Source: an uncultured delta proteobacterium (GTDB taxonomy: Bacteria > Myxococcota > Myxococcia > Myxococcales > Anaeromyxobacteraceae). Taken from it: a stretch of 64,000 bases of DNA. Positions within the stretch are counted from its first letter, which is position 1, and each line of letters begins with the position of its first letter. Under the pieces are notes generated by a model. The model was given only the letters and a program-made list of their open reading frames with translations, searched no databases and was not told the DNA's origin. Below, piece by piece: positions 1 through 14,938 of the stretch. The position numbers and the translations under genes are program-made. The DNA lies in contig CAWJSR010000050.1 in NCBI GenBank assembly GCA_963845515.1, forward strand, positions 32,001-96,000, written 5' to 3'.

Positions 1-238
1 CCGCGTGGAACGTCGCGGCCTCGAGCAGGTCCGACGCGTGACGCGCCAGCCTGGCAGCGCGCTCCAGGACGCTGGCGCGCACACCCTCCCCTCCGGTCCG
101 GGGGAGCCCCTCCCAGGCCGGGGGCTCCACGACGGCCAGCCGCCTGAGGCCGAAGTTCTTCATGACCCGGGCCGCCGCGCCGAAGTTCTCGGCGTTCTGG
201 GGGCGGTGAAGGACGACTCTCACTTTTTCACGATCCAT
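1..238 (-). CDS. TrmJ/SpoU-family RNA methyltransferase (5' part; runs off the window)
   Basis: Manual translation from ATG at 238: MDREKVRVVLHRPQNAENFGAAARVMKNFGLRRLAVVEP. This matches the SPOUT/TrmJ N-terminal motif (VL..P..xxNxGAAARxMKNFGL). Not in the supplied ORF track. Confidence 0.85.
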   Translation of the reverse strand, partial: MDREKVRVVLHRPQNAENFGAAARVMKNFGLRRLAVVEPPAWEGLPRTGGEGVRASVLERAARLARHASDLLEAATFHA

Positions 239-266
239 TTGGCTCGCCCCATATAACATCGCGGCC

Positions 267-1226
267 ATGATCTCCGACGCCAACCTCCGCGCGCAGCTCC
301 CGCACACCCTGAGCCAGCTCGATCTCCCCGGGCTCGGCGAGCTCTACCGCGGAAAGGTCCGCGACAACTACTCACGCGGCGACCGGATCGTGATGATCAC
401 GAGCGATCGCATCAGCGCCTTCGACCACGTCCTCGGGACCATCCCGTTCAAGGGAGAGGTCCTCTCGCGCCTCACCTCGTTCTGGTTCGACAAGGTGAAG
501 GACATCGCGCCGACCCACATCGTCGAAGTCCCGGATCCGAGCGTGATGGTGGTGAAGAAGGCCAGGCCGCTGCCGATCGAGATCGTGATCCGCGGATACA
601 TCACGGGGTCGCTCTGGCGCGACTACGAGGGCGGCAAGGTCGACGCCTACGGGATCGCCTGGCCGAAGGGGCTCAGGAAGGACCAGCGGTTCGACGAGGC
701 GATCATCACCCCCTCCACCAAGGAGGAGTACGGCAAGCACGACATGCCGATCAGCGAGCAGGAGATCCTGGAGAAGGGGATCGTCCCTGCCGCGATCTGG
801 CAGGAGGCGACGTCGATCGCCAGGCGGCTCTTCCAGCGCGGCCAGGAGTGGGCGAAGACCCGCGGGCTGATCCTCGTCGACACCAAGTACGAGATGGGCG
901 TGGCGGACGGCAAGCTCGTCGTGATCGACGAGATCCACACCCCCGACAGCTCGCGCTACTGGATGGCCGACGGGTACTCCGACCGCTTCGCGAAGGGCGA
1001 GGATCAGCGGATGCTCGACAAGGAGAACATCCGCCAGTGGCTCATCAAGGAGCACGGCTTCTCCGGCCACGGCACGCCGCCGGCCCTCACCGACGACGTC
1101 CGCTGCATGCTGGCGACGAAGTACATCGAGGTCTTCGAGCTGCTCACCGGCCAGAAGTTCGAGTCGGCGGTCGGCAGCGTCGCGGCGCGCATCGAGGGGA
1201 ACCTCCGCGCGAAGGGCTACCTCTAA
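267..1226 (+). CDS. purC: Phosphoribosylaminoimidazole-succinocarboxamide (SAICAR) synthase
   Basis: Motifs GKVRDNY, SDRISAFD, IEIVIRGYITGS, TPSTK, VDTKYEMG, DEIHTPDSSRYW. Confidence 0.96.
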   Translation: MISDANLRAQLPHTLSQLDLPGLGELYRGKVRDNYSRGDRIVMITSDRISAFDHVLGTIPFKGEVLSRLTSFWFDKVKDIAPTHIVEVPDPSVMVVKKARPLPIEIVIRGYITGSLWRDYEGGKVDAYGIAWPKGLRKDQRFDEAIITPSTKEEYGKHDMPISEQEILEKGIVPAAIWQEATSIARRLFQRGQEWAKTRGLILVDTKYEMGVADGKLVVIDEIHTPDSSRYWMADGYSDRFAKGEDQRMLDKENIRQWLIKEHGFSGHGTPPALTDDVRCMLATKYIEVFELLTGQKFESAVGSVAARIEGNLRAKGYL

Positions 1227-1454
1227 GCCCCTGCCCGTCGGCACCCACGGCATCCCTACGCACGACGCCCCGGGACGGCTCTCCTGGACGCCGGACGGGG
1301 CGTTTGCACTTGAGCGGCTCCCTGACCCTTCAGGGGCAGCCCATTCATGCCCGTCCCTGGAGGACACTCCTCGGCATAGGAACAAACACCCATCGACTAG
1401 CTGCGCCCATCGCTGGTTATCTATGCTCGTGAAACAGGCTTTTGGGGGAGCGGT

Positions 1455-2126
1455 GTGGTGCCCCACCAGGGGATGCCGCGGATGAAGGACATTTTGGAGA
1501 CGGCGCGCGCGGCCGGGACACCGCGCGTCTACGTCCTTGACGACGAGGAGAGCATCCTGTCGGCCGTGGCGCGGACGCTCCGCCGCGCTGGCTATGCCGT
1601 GGCGACGTTCAGCTCCCCACGCGCGTTCCTGGAGCAGGCGAAGCTGGATCCACCTTGCTGCGTCGTCCTGGACGTCCACATGCCCGAGATCAATGGGGTC
1701 GAGATCCAGGAGCGGCTGGCGGGCATGGAGCAGCCGCCGTCGATAGTCTTCATGTCGGGTGCGTCGGACATCGGCACGTCGGTGAAGGCGATGAAGGCGG
1801 GCGCCATCGACTTCCTGGCGAAGCCCTTCGAGACGAAGGAGCTGCTTGAGGCCGTCGACGTGGCCATGCGCAAGGCCGAGCAGCGGCTCCTGGATCGGAC
1901 CGAGGTGGGGAAGGCCCTGTCGCTCCTGGCGCGCCTGACGCCGCGCGAGCGCGAGGTCTGCGACCTCGTCGTCCACGGGCTGCGCAGCAAGGAGATCGCT
2001 GAGCAGCTGGGCGCGGCGGTGAAGACGGTCAACATCCACCGCAGCCGCGTCATGACGAAGCTGGGCGCCACCACCGTCGTGGAGCTGGTCAGGCTGCTCG
2101 AGCGCGCCGCGGGGAAGCTCGACTAG
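1455..2126 (+). CDS. FixJ/LuxR-family response regulator (REC + LuxR HTH); true start may be 1473 or 1482
   Basis: VYVLDDEE...LDVHMPEING...AMKAGAIDFLAKPF receiver; LTPREREV...GLRSKEIAEQLG..VKTVNIHRSRVMTKL HTH. Confidence 0.92.
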   Translation: MVPHQGMPRMKDILETARAAGTPRVYVLDDEESILSAVARTLRRAGYAVATFSSPRAFLEQAKLDPPCCVVLDVHMPEINGVEIQERLAGMEQPPSIVFMSGASDIGTSVKAMKAGAIDFLAKPFETKELLEAVDVAMRKAEQRLLDRTEVGKALSLLARLTPREREVCDLVVHGLRSKEIAEQLGAAVKTVNIHRSRVMTKLGATTVVELVRLLERAAGKLD

Positions 2127-2148
2127 CGCACCCCGGCCGACGCTCGGC

Positions 2149-3477
<1,329 letters not shown>

Positions 3478-3506
3478 GCAGTGTCCTCCTTCGGTGAGTC
3501 GGTCCT

Positions 3507-3953
3507 TCAGTGCTTTCCGGTCGAGCCGAAGCCGCCGGCGCCGCGGTCGCTGCTCGCGAGATCGTCCACCAGGACGAGCTCGGCGCGGGCCACCGGGGCG
3601 ATGACGAGCTGGGCGATCCGCTCGCCGCGGGCGAAGGAGACCGGCTCCCGCCCGTGGTTCACGAGGATCACGCCCACCTCGCCGCGATAGTCCGAGTCGA
3701 TCGTGCCAGGCGCGTTGACCATCCCCACGCCGAGCCTGAGCGCGAGGCCGGACCGCGGCCGCACCTGCCCCTCGAAGCCCGGCGGGATCTCGACGGCGAG
3801 CCCCGTGGGGACCAGCCGCCGCTCGCCCGCAGCGAGGGCCACCGGCTCGTCGGCGCGCAGGTCGAGCCCCGCCGAACCTGCGGTCTCGTAGCGGGGAAGA
3901 TCGAGCGGCGGGCCACGCTGCCCGACCCGCCGGAGGTTGACCGTGACTCTCAC
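3507..3953 (-). CDS. dut: dUTP pyrophosphatase (start uncertain, 3953-3980)
   Basis: [43 protein letters not shown]. Confidence 0.96.
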   Translation of the reverse strand: MRVTVNLRRVGQRGPPLDLPRYETAGSAGLDLRADEPVALAAGERRLVPTGLAVEIPPGFEGQVRPRSGLALRLGVGMVNAPGTIDSDYRGEVGVILVNHGREPVSFARGERIAQLVIAPVARAELVLVDDLASSDRGAGGFGSTGKH

Positions 3954-3979
3954 GTCACCATGCCTCGGAGCACCTGGCA

Positions 3980-4007
3980 CCGCCCGGCCGGGAGCTCGGC
4001 CGGGCGG
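3980..4007 (-). terminator. GC-rich hairpin just downstream of pnp
   Basis: CCGCCCGGCCG-ggagct-CGGCCGGGCGG inverted repeat; no U-tract. Confidence 0.4.
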
Positions 4008-4024
4008 ACACCTGGTCGAGCGCC

Positions 4025-6181
<2,157 letters not shown>

Positions 6182-6274
6182 CTGTTCGCCTCTCTAGGGT
6201 GGGGGCGGCTTGGCCGCCCCGGGTGGTCGGCTCGAGCCGGACCTCGCCCCAGGGTCGCCTCAGAGGTGCTTCAG

Positions 6275-6319
6275 TTCCTGACTGGGCCGCCCCTCCGAGG
6301 AGAGGCGGCCCAGTCGGAA
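6275..6319 (-). promoter_or_regulatory. Long stem-loop in the rpsO-pnp intergenic region (possible processing site)
   Basis: GACTGGGCCGCC (6280-6291) pairs perfectly with GGCGGCCCAGTC (6304-6315); lies in the pnp leader. Confidence 0.5.
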
Positions 6320-6400
6320 ACGGAAGCGCCCTTCGGTGCTCCGGGCTCGGGTCCGCCGCGAGCCGCTGACTTCTCTACTGCGCTTCTTCACGAAGCGCGA

Positions 6401-6426
6401 GCGCCCCGGCGGGTTCGCCGGGGCGC
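6401..6426 (-). terminator. Hairpin after rpsO
   Basis: GCGCCCCGGCG-ggtt-CGCCGGGGCGC, 11-bp perfect stem about 13 nt after the stop; weak U-tract. Confidence 0.55.
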
Positions 6427-6439
6427 CTGTGCCGCCTCG

Positions 6440-6709
6440 TTACTTCCGGATTCCGAGCTTCTCGATCAGGGCCTTGTAGCGCCCCAGATCCTTCGACTTC
6501 AGGTAGTCCAACAGGCGGCGGCGCTGGCCGACCATCTTGAGCAGGCCGCGGCGGCTGTGGTGATCCTTCTTGTGCGTCTTGAAGTGCTCGGTGAGGTAGG
6601 TGATCCGCTCCGACAGCAGTGCGACCTGCACCTCGGGCGAGCCAGTGTCCTTCTCGTGCCGGCGGTTCGTGACGACGACGTTCGTCTTCTTCTCCTGCGT
6701 CAGCGCCAT
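6440..6709 (-). CDS. rpsO: 30S ribosomal protein S15
   Basis: [59 protein letters not shown] upstream. Confidence 0.99.
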   Translation of the reverse strand: MALTQEKKTNVVVTNRRHEKDTGSPEVQVALLSERITYLTEHFKTHKKDHHSRRGLLKMVGQRRRLLDYLKSKDLGRYKALIEKLGIRK

Positions 6710-6794
6710 AGCTGCATCCTTTCGTGGTTACCGATCACCGCCGCGGGGGCGAAGGCGCGCGCCGCGAGCGGCCGTGACGGCCGTGGAGGGTCGC

Positions 6795-6824
6795 TTGATA
6801 GAGGATCCGCCGCAGAAGTGTCAA
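6795..6824 (-). promoter_or_regulatory. sigma70-type promoter of rpsO
   Basis: Minus strand TTGACA (6824-6819), 18 bp, TATCAA (6800-6795). Confidence 0.65.
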
Positions 6825-6838
6825 TGGTTCTGCCCTGT

Positions 6839-7783
6839 TCACTCGCCCGCGAGGAGCGACGCGAACACGCGGACGGGGCGGAGCTTCCCCTCGCTCACCT
6901 TCGCCACGGCGACCAGCTCGCCCGAGGGGCCGATCACGCGCCGGAGCCCGTCGGGGCCCTCCGCCGGCAGGAACCGGCCGTTGACCACCCATCGCACCCC
7001 TCCGGCGTCGACCGACACCGGCGGGAAGGGGAGCGAGGCCGCCAGCGGCAGCATCCGTGCTCGGAGCGCGGCAGGATCCTTCGCGCCGAGCTCCTCCAGC
7101 TCCTGGAGCCCCATGGCGTCGTCGACGCGGAAGTGCCCTGCCATGGTCCGCCTCAGCGCGCGGAGGTGCGCGGGGACTCCGAGAGCCCGCCCGAGATCGG
7201 CCGCGATGGTCCGCACGTAGGTCCCCTTGCCGCAGTGGACCTCGATCCTCGCCTCGCGGAGCCCGTCCTCGCCGGCCGGCGAGAGCGACCGGAGGGTGAG
7301 GGCATGCACCGCCACCCGTCGCAGGGAGCGCTCCACGGGGTCGCCCGCGCGAGCCGCCTCGTGGAGCCGCCGGCCGCCGACGCGGACGGCCGAGTACATG
7401 GGCGGCAGCTGCTCGATCTCGCCGACGAAGCCGCGCAGCGCGGCCTCCAGCGGATCGGCCTGGAGGCCGAGGGGATCGCCGCGCTCCACCACCTGGCCGT
7501 CGGCGTCCTCGGTGTCGGTGGCGGCGCCGAACGCGACCGTCGCCTCGTACCCCTTGTCGCCGTCTGCGAGCCAGTGCTGCAGCTTCACGGCGTCGTCCGC
7601 GCAGATCACGAGGAGGCCGGTGGCGGCAGGGTCCAGGGTCCCGGCGTGGCCCGCCTTGGCCGCCACGAGCGCGCGGCGGATCCGCTCCACCACGGCGTGG
7701 CTCGTCGGCCCGCTCGGCTTGTCGACGAGGAGGACGCCCCCGGGGCCAGCCGGCGCGCGCCCCCGCGGGCGGCGGCTGCTCAT
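6839..7783 (-). CDS. truB: tRNA pseudouridine(55) synthase
   Basis: DKPSGPTSH, KAGHAGTLDPAATGLL, PPMYSAV, CGKGTYVRTIA. Confidence 0.97.
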   Translation of the reverse strand: MSSRRPRGRAPAGPGGVLLVDKPSGPTSHAVVERIRRALVAAKAGHAGTLDPAATGLLVICADDAVKLQHWLADGDKGYEATVAFGAATDTEDADGQVVERGDPLGLQADPLEAALRGFVGEIEQLPPMYSAVRVGGRRLHEAARAGDPVERSLRRVAVHALTLRSLSPAGEDGLREARIEVHCGKGTYVRTIAADLGRALGVPAHLRALRRTMAGHFRVDDAMGLQELEELGAKDPAALRARMLPLAASLPFPPVSVDAGGVRWVVNGRFLPAEGPDGLRRVIGPSGELVAVAKVSEGKLRPVRVFASLLAGE

Positions 7784-8172
7784 TCGCCCTCGGCCTCGGG
7801 ATCCTTCTCCGGGGGAGCTGCGCCGCGGGCCTTCGCCTCGCGCAGGAGCCGGTCGATCCGGTCGCCGCGTCCCACCGACTCGTCGAAGACGATGCGGAGG
7901 TGGGGGGTGTAGCGGAGCTTCACCCCTCTCGCGACCTCGCGCTGCAGGTAGCCGGCGGCCGCGCGGAGCCCGGCGAGGGTCTCGGCCACCACCTTCTCGT
8001 CCCCCAGGATCGAGACATAGGCGACGGCCTCCTTCAGGTCGGGAGACATCTTGGCGCCGGTGACGGTTATGAGGCCGGTGACGCGCGGGTCCTTCAGCCC
8101 CCGCGCGAGGACTGCCGAGAGCTCGCGCTGGAACTCGTGGGCCACGCGGGCCGGGCGATCATGCGTACTCAT
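7780..8172 (-). CDS. rbfA: Ribosome-binding factor A
   Basis: KDPRV...ITVT...SPDLKEA.AYVS...LRYTPHLRIVFDES; canonical position before truB. Confidence 0.96.
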   Translation of the reverse strand: MSTHDRPARVAHEFQRELSAVLARGLKDPRVTGLITVTGAKMSPDLKEAVAYVSILGDEKVVAETLAGLRAAAGYLQREVARGVKLRYTPHLRIVFDESVGRGDRIDRLLREAKARGAAPPEKDPEAEGE

Positions 8173-8536
8173 CGTCGTCCTCCTGAGCCGGGAGGCCCTC
8201 GGCCTCGGCCAGCGTCCTTCCTGCGTCCTCGCCGAGTTGGCCGGCGTAGCCCTGAATCTCCACGTCTCGGGCGGTGATCAGGATCTGGCCACCGTGCATG
8301 GACCCCACGAAGTCCGTGACCCTGTCGAGCGTCTCCCCGACGAAGGCGCGGTCGTTCCCGACCGCCGCCACGCCGATCACGCTCTTCTGCCAGAGGTCGT
8401 TCTCCGCGACCTCGGCGATGGAGACGTTGAACTTCGCCTTCACCCGGTCGATCGCGGAGCGCACCAGGTGGCGCTTCGACTTGAGCGAGCCGGGCGCCGG
8501 GAGGTGGAGCGTGAGCCTGAGGACGCCGACGAACAT
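8159..8536 (-). CDS. DUF503 (YlxP-like) protein
   Basis: MFVGVLRLTLHLP..SLKSKR.LVRS..DRVKAKFNVSIAEV..NDLWQ; lies between infB and rbfA. Confidence 0.9.
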   Translation of the reverse strand: MFVGVLRLTLHLPAPGSLKSKRHLVRSAIDRVKAKFNVSIAEVAENDLWQKSVIGVAAVGNDRAFVGETLDRVTDFVGSMHGGQILITARDVEIQGYAGQLGEDAGRTLAEAEGLPAQEDDDEYA

Positions 8537-8548
8537 GCGACTGCATCA

Positions 8549-8713
8549 TCCCTCTCCCCCGCCGGAGGGGAATGCGAGGGAGCGCGCAGCGCAATCCGGA
8601 TTGCCTCCCTCTCCCCCGCCCCCGCGGGGGAATGCGAGGGAGCGCGCAGCGCAATCCGGATTGCCTCCCTCGCCCCCGCCCCCGCGGGGGAGAGGGCCGG
8701 GGTGAGGGGGGGG
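8549..8713. repeat. BIME-like cluster: three REP-like hairpins separated by two identical linkers (60-bp period)
   Basis: 8567-8610 is identical to 8627-8670, each containing the perfect palindrome GCAATCCGGATTGC. Ends with GGGGGAGAGGGCCGGGGTGAGGGG. Confidence 0.9.
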
Positions 8714-8714
8714 G

Positions 8715-11495
8715 TCAGTCGATCGACGGCCGGATCTCGATGAGCTCGTAGACCTCGAGGATGTCGCCGGCCTTCAGGTCCGAGAAGCCCTCGATCCCGA
8801 CGCCGCACTCCATCCCTGCAGCGACCTCCTTGACGTCGTCCTTGAAGCGCTTGAGCGAGGTGACCTTGCCCGTGAAGAGCGCCTTCTTCTCGCGGACCAC
8901 GCGGACCTGGGCGTTCCGCTTGATGAAGCCCTCGGTGACCGCGGAGCCGGCGATGGTGCCCTGGCGGGGGATGTTGATGAGCTGCCGGACCTCGGCCTTG
9001 CCGAGCGGCTTCTGCTCGATGATCGGATCCAGGAGGCCGACCATCTCCTCCTTGATCGCGTCCACCGCCTCGTAGATCACGTCGAAGAGGAGGATCTTCA
9101 CCCCCTGCTGGCTCGCGATCTGCTCGACCTTGGTCTCGGGCCGGGTGTGGAACCCGATGATGATCCCCTTGCCTGCGGCCGCGGTGAGGACGTCCGACTC
9201 GGTGATGGCGCCGACGCCGGTGTCGAGGATGTCGACGCCGACCTTCTTGGTGGCGCTCTTCGCGAGGGCCTGCGAGACCGCCTCGGAGGAGCCCTGCACG
9301 TCCGCCTTCACGACGACGTTGAGCACCTTGCGCCCGGAGTCCTTCACCTTGGCGAAGAGATCCTCGAGCGTGGCCCGCTTGGTCTGCGAGAGCTCCTTCT
9401 GCCTCATCTTCTCGCCGCGGTGCTCGGCGATCTCCTTCGCGGACTTCTCGTCGGAGACGACGTTGAACTCGTCGCCCGCGACCGGCACGCCGGAGAGGCC
9501 GAGGACCTCCACCGGGTAACCAGGCGGGACGTCCCTGACCTGCTCGCCGCGCTCGTTCATCATCGCGCGGATCTTGCCGTAGTGGGACCCGGTGACGAGC
9601 GCGTCACCGACACGCAGCGTCCCCTCCTGGACGAGGACGGTGGCGACCGGCCCGCGCCCCTTCTCCAGCTTCGCCTCGATGACGCGGCCGCTCGCGACCT
9701 TGTTCGGGTTGGTCTTGAGCTCGAGCACCTCGGACTGGAGCGCGATGTACTCCAGCAGCTCCGGGATGCCCTCCTTGGTGCGGGCGGAGACCGGCATCAT
9801 GATGGTGCTGCCGCCCCACTTCTCGGCCACCAGCTCGTACTCGGTGAGCTGCTGCATGACGCGCTCGGGCGTGGCGCCCGGCTTGTCGATCTTGTTGATG
9901 GCGACGAGGATCGTCACGCCCGCTTCCTTCGCGTGCTTGATCGCCTCGATCGTCTGGGGCATCACGCCGTCGTCAGCCGCGACCACGAGCACGACCAGGT
10001 CGGTCACCTGCGCGCCGCGCTGGCGCATCGCGGTGAAGGCCTCGTGGCCCGGGGTGTCGAGGAAGGTGATCGGGCCGTGCGTCGTCAGGACTGAGTAGGC
10101 GCCGATGTGCTGGGTGATCCCGCCCGCCTCGCCGCCCGCGACGTCCGCCTTGCGGATCGCGTCGAGGAGCGAGGTCTTCCCGTGGTCGACGTGGCCCATG
10201 ACGGTCACGACCGGCGGCCGGATCCGGAGATCGGCCTCGTTCTCCTCGACCTCGGGGATGTACTCCTCGACCTCGAAGCCCTTCTTCTCGACGGTGTACC
10301 CGAACTCGGTCGCGAGGATCCCCGCGGTGTCGGCGTCGATGAGCTGGTTGATGGTCGCCATCTTCCCGCCCTGCATCAGCTTGCGGATGAGGTCGGCGGC
10401 CTTCACGCCCATTGCCTGGGAGAGCTCGGAGACCGAGATGGCCTCCTCCACGCGGATCACCTTCTTGTGCTCGGCGCGCTCGGTCACCAGGGTCTTCAGT
10501 CCCTTCTTGGTGGGCTTCTTCTTCTTGCCCCGCATGGGGATGAACGACCGGTCGTTGATCGCGGCCTGGAGCAGCTCCTTGCCGGAGAGCGCCTTTGCTG
10601 CCTCGGTCTCGGGCTTGCCGGTGGTGGTGCGCCCACCCCGCTTGTTCTTGTCCTTGCCGACCTCGATGAACTCGCGGTCGCGCCCGGGAGCGCCCGGGAC
10701 GACCTTCAGGTCCCGGATCGGGCCGAGGGCGCGGGGACCCGGCGCGGCCGGGTACGCGCTGCGCGACGTGGTGGGCGGCGTGACGCGCCGGACGGGACTC
10801 GTCGGGCGCGAGATGACCACCGCCTGCGTCGACGTCGGGCGAAGCGTCCGGGGATCGATGGCCGGCCGGGCTGGCACGGCCGGCGTCACCGGTCCGGCCG
10901 CGGCAGGCGCATGCGGCCCGGCGGCCAGCGGCGCGTGGGGCGCGGCAGGGGCGTGCGGCGCAGCAGGGGCGTGCGGCACGGCGGCGTGCGCCGGAGGCGC
11001 GACCGGGGCGTGCGGCGCTGGCGCCGGCGGGGCGCCGAGTGCCGGAGCGGCCGGGGTTGCCGGGACGGCCGCCTGCTCGGCCTCGGGGCTCGCGCCCACC
11101 GGCTCGGCGGCGGGCGCGGCTGCCTCTGCCTCCGCCACGACCTCCTGGGGAGGCGCCTCTTCCTGCGGGGGCTGCTCGGCCTCGACGGCTGGCGGCTCCT
11201 CTTCGACGGGCGCGGCGGCCACGGGGGCCGGGGCCGGCTCGGGCGTCGGCTCGACATGGGCCTTCTTGCGGACGACGAAGCCGGGGCCGGCCGAACGGAC
11301 CGGAGCCGCCTTCGGCTTGCGCTCGCCCAGGATCTTCTCGAACGCGGACTGAGCCTGATCGTCGTCGAGCGACGAGGAGTGGCTCTTCACGTCGAACCCG
11401 AACTGGTGGAGCTTGTCGACGAGCTCCTGGTTCGAGAGCTCGATCCCGTGCTCCTTGAGCTGCTTTGCCAGCTCGTGGACCCGCTTCTTGGACAT
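8715..11495 (-). CDS. infB: Translation initiation factor IF-2
   Basis: [12 protein letters not shown]-terminus, Pro/Ala-rich linker, [21 protein letters not shown]. Confidence 0.99.
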   Translation of the reverse strand: MSKKRVHELAKQLKEHGIELSNQELVDKLHQFGFDVKSHSSSLDDDQAQSAFEKILGERKPKAAPVRSAGPGFVVRKKAHVEPTPEPAPAPVAAAPVEEEPPAVEAEQPPQEEAPPQEVVAEAEAAAPAAEPVGASPEAEQAAVPATPAAPALGAPPAPAPHAPVAPPAHAAVPHAPAAPHAPAAPHAPLAAGPHAPAAAGPVTPAVPARPAIDPRTLRPTSTQAVVISRPTSPVRRVTPPTTSRSAYPAAPGPRALGPIRDLKVVPGAPGRDREFIEVGKDKNKRGGRTTTGKPETEAAKALSGKELLQAAINDRSFIPMRGKKKKPTKKGLKTLVTERAEHKKVIRVEEAISVSELSQAMGVKAADLIRKLMQGGKMATINQLIDADTAGILATEFGYTVEKKGFEVEEYIPEVEENEADLRIRPPVVTVMGHVDHGKTSLLDAIRKADVAGGEAGGITQHIGAYSVLTTHGPITFLDTPGHEAFTAMRQRGAQVTDLVVLVVAADDGVMPQTIEAIKHAKEAGVTILVAINKIDKPGATPERVMQQLTEYELVAEKWGGSTIMMPVSARTKEGIPELLEYIALQSEVLELKTNPNKVASGRVIEAKLEKGRGPVATVLVQEGTLRVGDALVTGSHYGKIRAMMNERGEQVRDVPPGYPVEVLGLSGVPVAGDEFNVVSDEKSAKEIAEHRGEKMRQKELSQTKRATLEDLFAKVKDSGRKVLNVVVKADVQGSSEAVSQALAKSATKKVGVDILDTGVGAITESDVLTAAAGKGIIIGFHTRPETKVEQIASQQGVKILLFDVIYEAVDAIKEEMVGLLDPIIEQKPLGKAEVRQLINIPRQGTIAGSAVTEGFIKRNAQVRVVREKKALFTGKVTSLKRFKDDVKEVAAGMECGVGIEGFSDLKAGDILEVYELIEIRPSID

Positions 11496-11506
11496 TGCGC
11501 CGACTC

Positions 11507-11766
11507 CTAATCCCTATCGCTACGATCCGTCAACTGCACCCGAAGCGCCGCCTCGTCCACCTCTACGGCTCCGCGGAAGGCCCTCGCGAAGGCCCGCCGC
11601 TTCACCGCCTGCGCCAGGCACCTCTGGGCGGGGTGCAACCATGCCCCCCGCCCTCCACCGGTGCCGCGCGCATCCAACACCACCCGCGCTCCGTCCAACC
11701 TCAACCGCGCCAGCGAACCCGGGTCGGCGGCTTCACCGCAGCCGACGCACGTGCGCTGGGGCCGCC

Positions 11767-11770
<4 letters not shown>
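11507..11770 (-). CDS. ylxR: YlxR / DUF448 RNA-binding protein
   Basis: GTG overlapping the nusA stop; PQRTCVGC...GRGAWLHP...C...[12 protein letters not shown]. Confidence 0.9.
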
Positions 11771-13437
<1,667 letters not shown>

Positions 13438-13440
13438 GGT

Positions 13441-13956
13441 TCAGTCCTTCCTTCGAAGGTCCGCCTCGAAGTCGTACTCGAGGTTGGCCTTCGCGATCTG
13501 ATCGTGCGGAATCCGGTGCAGCACGCCATCAACCTCGATGGCGACCTTCCCGTCTTCGAAACCCTTGAGAATCCCGGTCCAGTTCTTGCGCCCCGGCGAG
13601 CCGGGCGCGGTCGCATCGACGGGGCCGTAGCTCTTCACGTGGATGCGCTGGCCGGCGAAGCGCTCGAAGTCGGCCGGCTTGCGGAGCGGCCGATCGACCC
13701 CCGGGGAGGAGACCTCCAGGTCGTAGCCCTGGGTGATGAAGTCTTCGACGTCGAGGACGGTGTCGAGGGTCTGGGAGACGGCCTGACAGTCCTCCAGGTT
13801 CACCCCCCCCTCCTTGTCGATGAACACTCGCAGGGTCCAGCGCCCGGGGGCGCGGGTCCACTCCACCTCGACGAGCTCGTACCCGTCCCGGGCCAGGATC
13901 GGCTCCAGGAGGGCGCGGGCGCGCGCGGGGATGGGTTGCTCTGCGACGCCGGCCAT
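13441..13956 (-). CDS. rimP: Ribosome maturation factor RimP
   Basis: ELVEVE...LRVFIDKEGGVNLEDCQAVS...YDLEVSSPGVDRPL. Confidence 0.97.
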   Translation of the reverse strand: MAGVAEQPIPARARALLEPILARDGYELVEVEWTRAPGRWTLRVFIDKEGGVNLEDCQAVSQTLDTVLDVEDFITQGYDLEVSSPGVDRPLRKPADFERFAGQRIHVKSYGPVDATAPGSPGRKNWTGILKGFEDGKVAIEVDGVLHRIPHDQIAKANLEYDFEADLRRKD

Positions 13957-13970
13957 CTATTCCTCTTCAG

Positions 13971-14008
13971 AAAAATAAAAAAAGTGGGGCGCTCCAGCGG
14001 CCCACTTT
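13971..14008 (-). promoter_or_regulatory. rimP leader: intrinsic-terminator-like hairpin in the 5' UTR
   Basis: Minus strand AAAGTGGG-ccgctggagcgc-CCCACTTT followed by TTTTATTTTT, between the promoter and the rimP RBS. Confidence 0.8.
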
Positions 14009-14046
14009 CGTGCCCGGTCGCCCGGGAACCTCGAAAATGTGCGCGT

Positions 14047-14075
14047 TTGTTAACAGAATGGGCCATCCCGGTCAA
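14047..14075 (-). promoter_or_regulatory. sigma70-type promoter of the rimP-nusA-infB operon
   Basis: Minus strand TTGACC, 17 bp (ending TGt), TAACAA. Confidence 0.6.
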
Positions 14076-14107
14076 GGTGACGGGGCGTACGGGGGGCCGT
14101 GGGGCCA

Positions 14108-14146
14108 CCCCTCTCCCCCACCGGGGGAGCGGGGCAGGCCGAGGGG
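14108..14146. repeat. REP-like palindrome
   Basis: CCCCTCTCCCCC-acc-GGGGGAGCGGGG-caggcc-GAGGGG. Confidence 0.7.
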
Positions 14147-14157
14147 CGGTTCCCGGG

Positions 14158-14649
14158 TCAGAACACGAGCGCCAGGACGACCACGCCCATGAGGACGAAG
14201 GCGAGGGTGACCTTCACCACGCTCCCCAGGATGAAGCCGATGAACGCGCCGAAACCGGCCCTGAGCGCCCGGTCGAAGTCGGGATCGCGCAGGTACTCCA
14301 GCACGATCGCGCCCGCCATCGGGCCCAGCACGACCCCCAGCGGCCCGAGGGTGAGCCCGACGAGGAGCCCTAGCGCGGCTCCGAGGACTGCCCACTTCGA
14401 GGCGCCGAACGCCCGGGTCCCGAGGGCGGCGGCAGCGAAGTCGACCGCCCAGATCACGACGCCGATGGCCGCGCACGCGGCGACGGTCCACCCGGAGACC
14501 CGCGTGAACCCCTCCGCCCACGCGACCAGCAGGGCGCCGGCGACCAGGAGCGCGGACCCGGGCAGCACCGGAACGACGACGCCGACGGTTCCGACGACCA
14601 GGGCGATGGCGCCCAGCGCGTAGAGCAGGATCTCCATCCCTGGGGTCAT
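14158..14649 (-). CDS. DUF456-family membrane protein
   Basis: Hydrophobic; VGVVVPVLPG, GTRAFGASKWAVLGAALG, GPMAGAIVLE. Confidence 0.85.
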   Translation of the reverse strand: MTPGMEILLYALGAIALVVGTVGVVVPVLPGSALLVAGALLVAWAEGFTRVSGWTVAACAAIGVVIWAVDFAAAALGTRAFGASKWAVLGAALGLLVGLTLGPLGVVLGPMAGAIVLEYLRDPDFDRALRAGFGAFIGFILGSVVKVTLAFVLMGVVVLALVF

Positions 14650-14938
14650 CCTAACGCCCGCCGGCGCCGGCTCGCATCTTCACGGGTCACCTACGCGGCA
14701 CCGCGGGGATGCACCTCTCCCCCGGCCGGGCGCTGACCATTCATCGCATCTCCGGCATCGGCTCCCCGCTGACCGCAAGCGGACACGACCCCATTTCCGC
14801 TGCCCGCACCCCGGTGGGCGTCGCGTGCATGCCCGCTGGCAGCGTCGCCGCGCCTGAAGCGGCTCTCGACCGGGGAGTGGGCGGCCGCCGTCTCGCTGCG
14901 GCAGGCGGCTTCCCGGCGCCCGCGGCTCGCGCTGCCGC

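Noticed and set aside
5..256. 83-aa plus-strand ORF
   Set aside because: The opposite strand encodes a recognisable TrmJ-like N-terminus.
8549..8713. Possible mini CRISPR array
   Set aside because: Intervening sequences are identical or near-identical rather than unique spacers; only 2-3 units; no cas genes.
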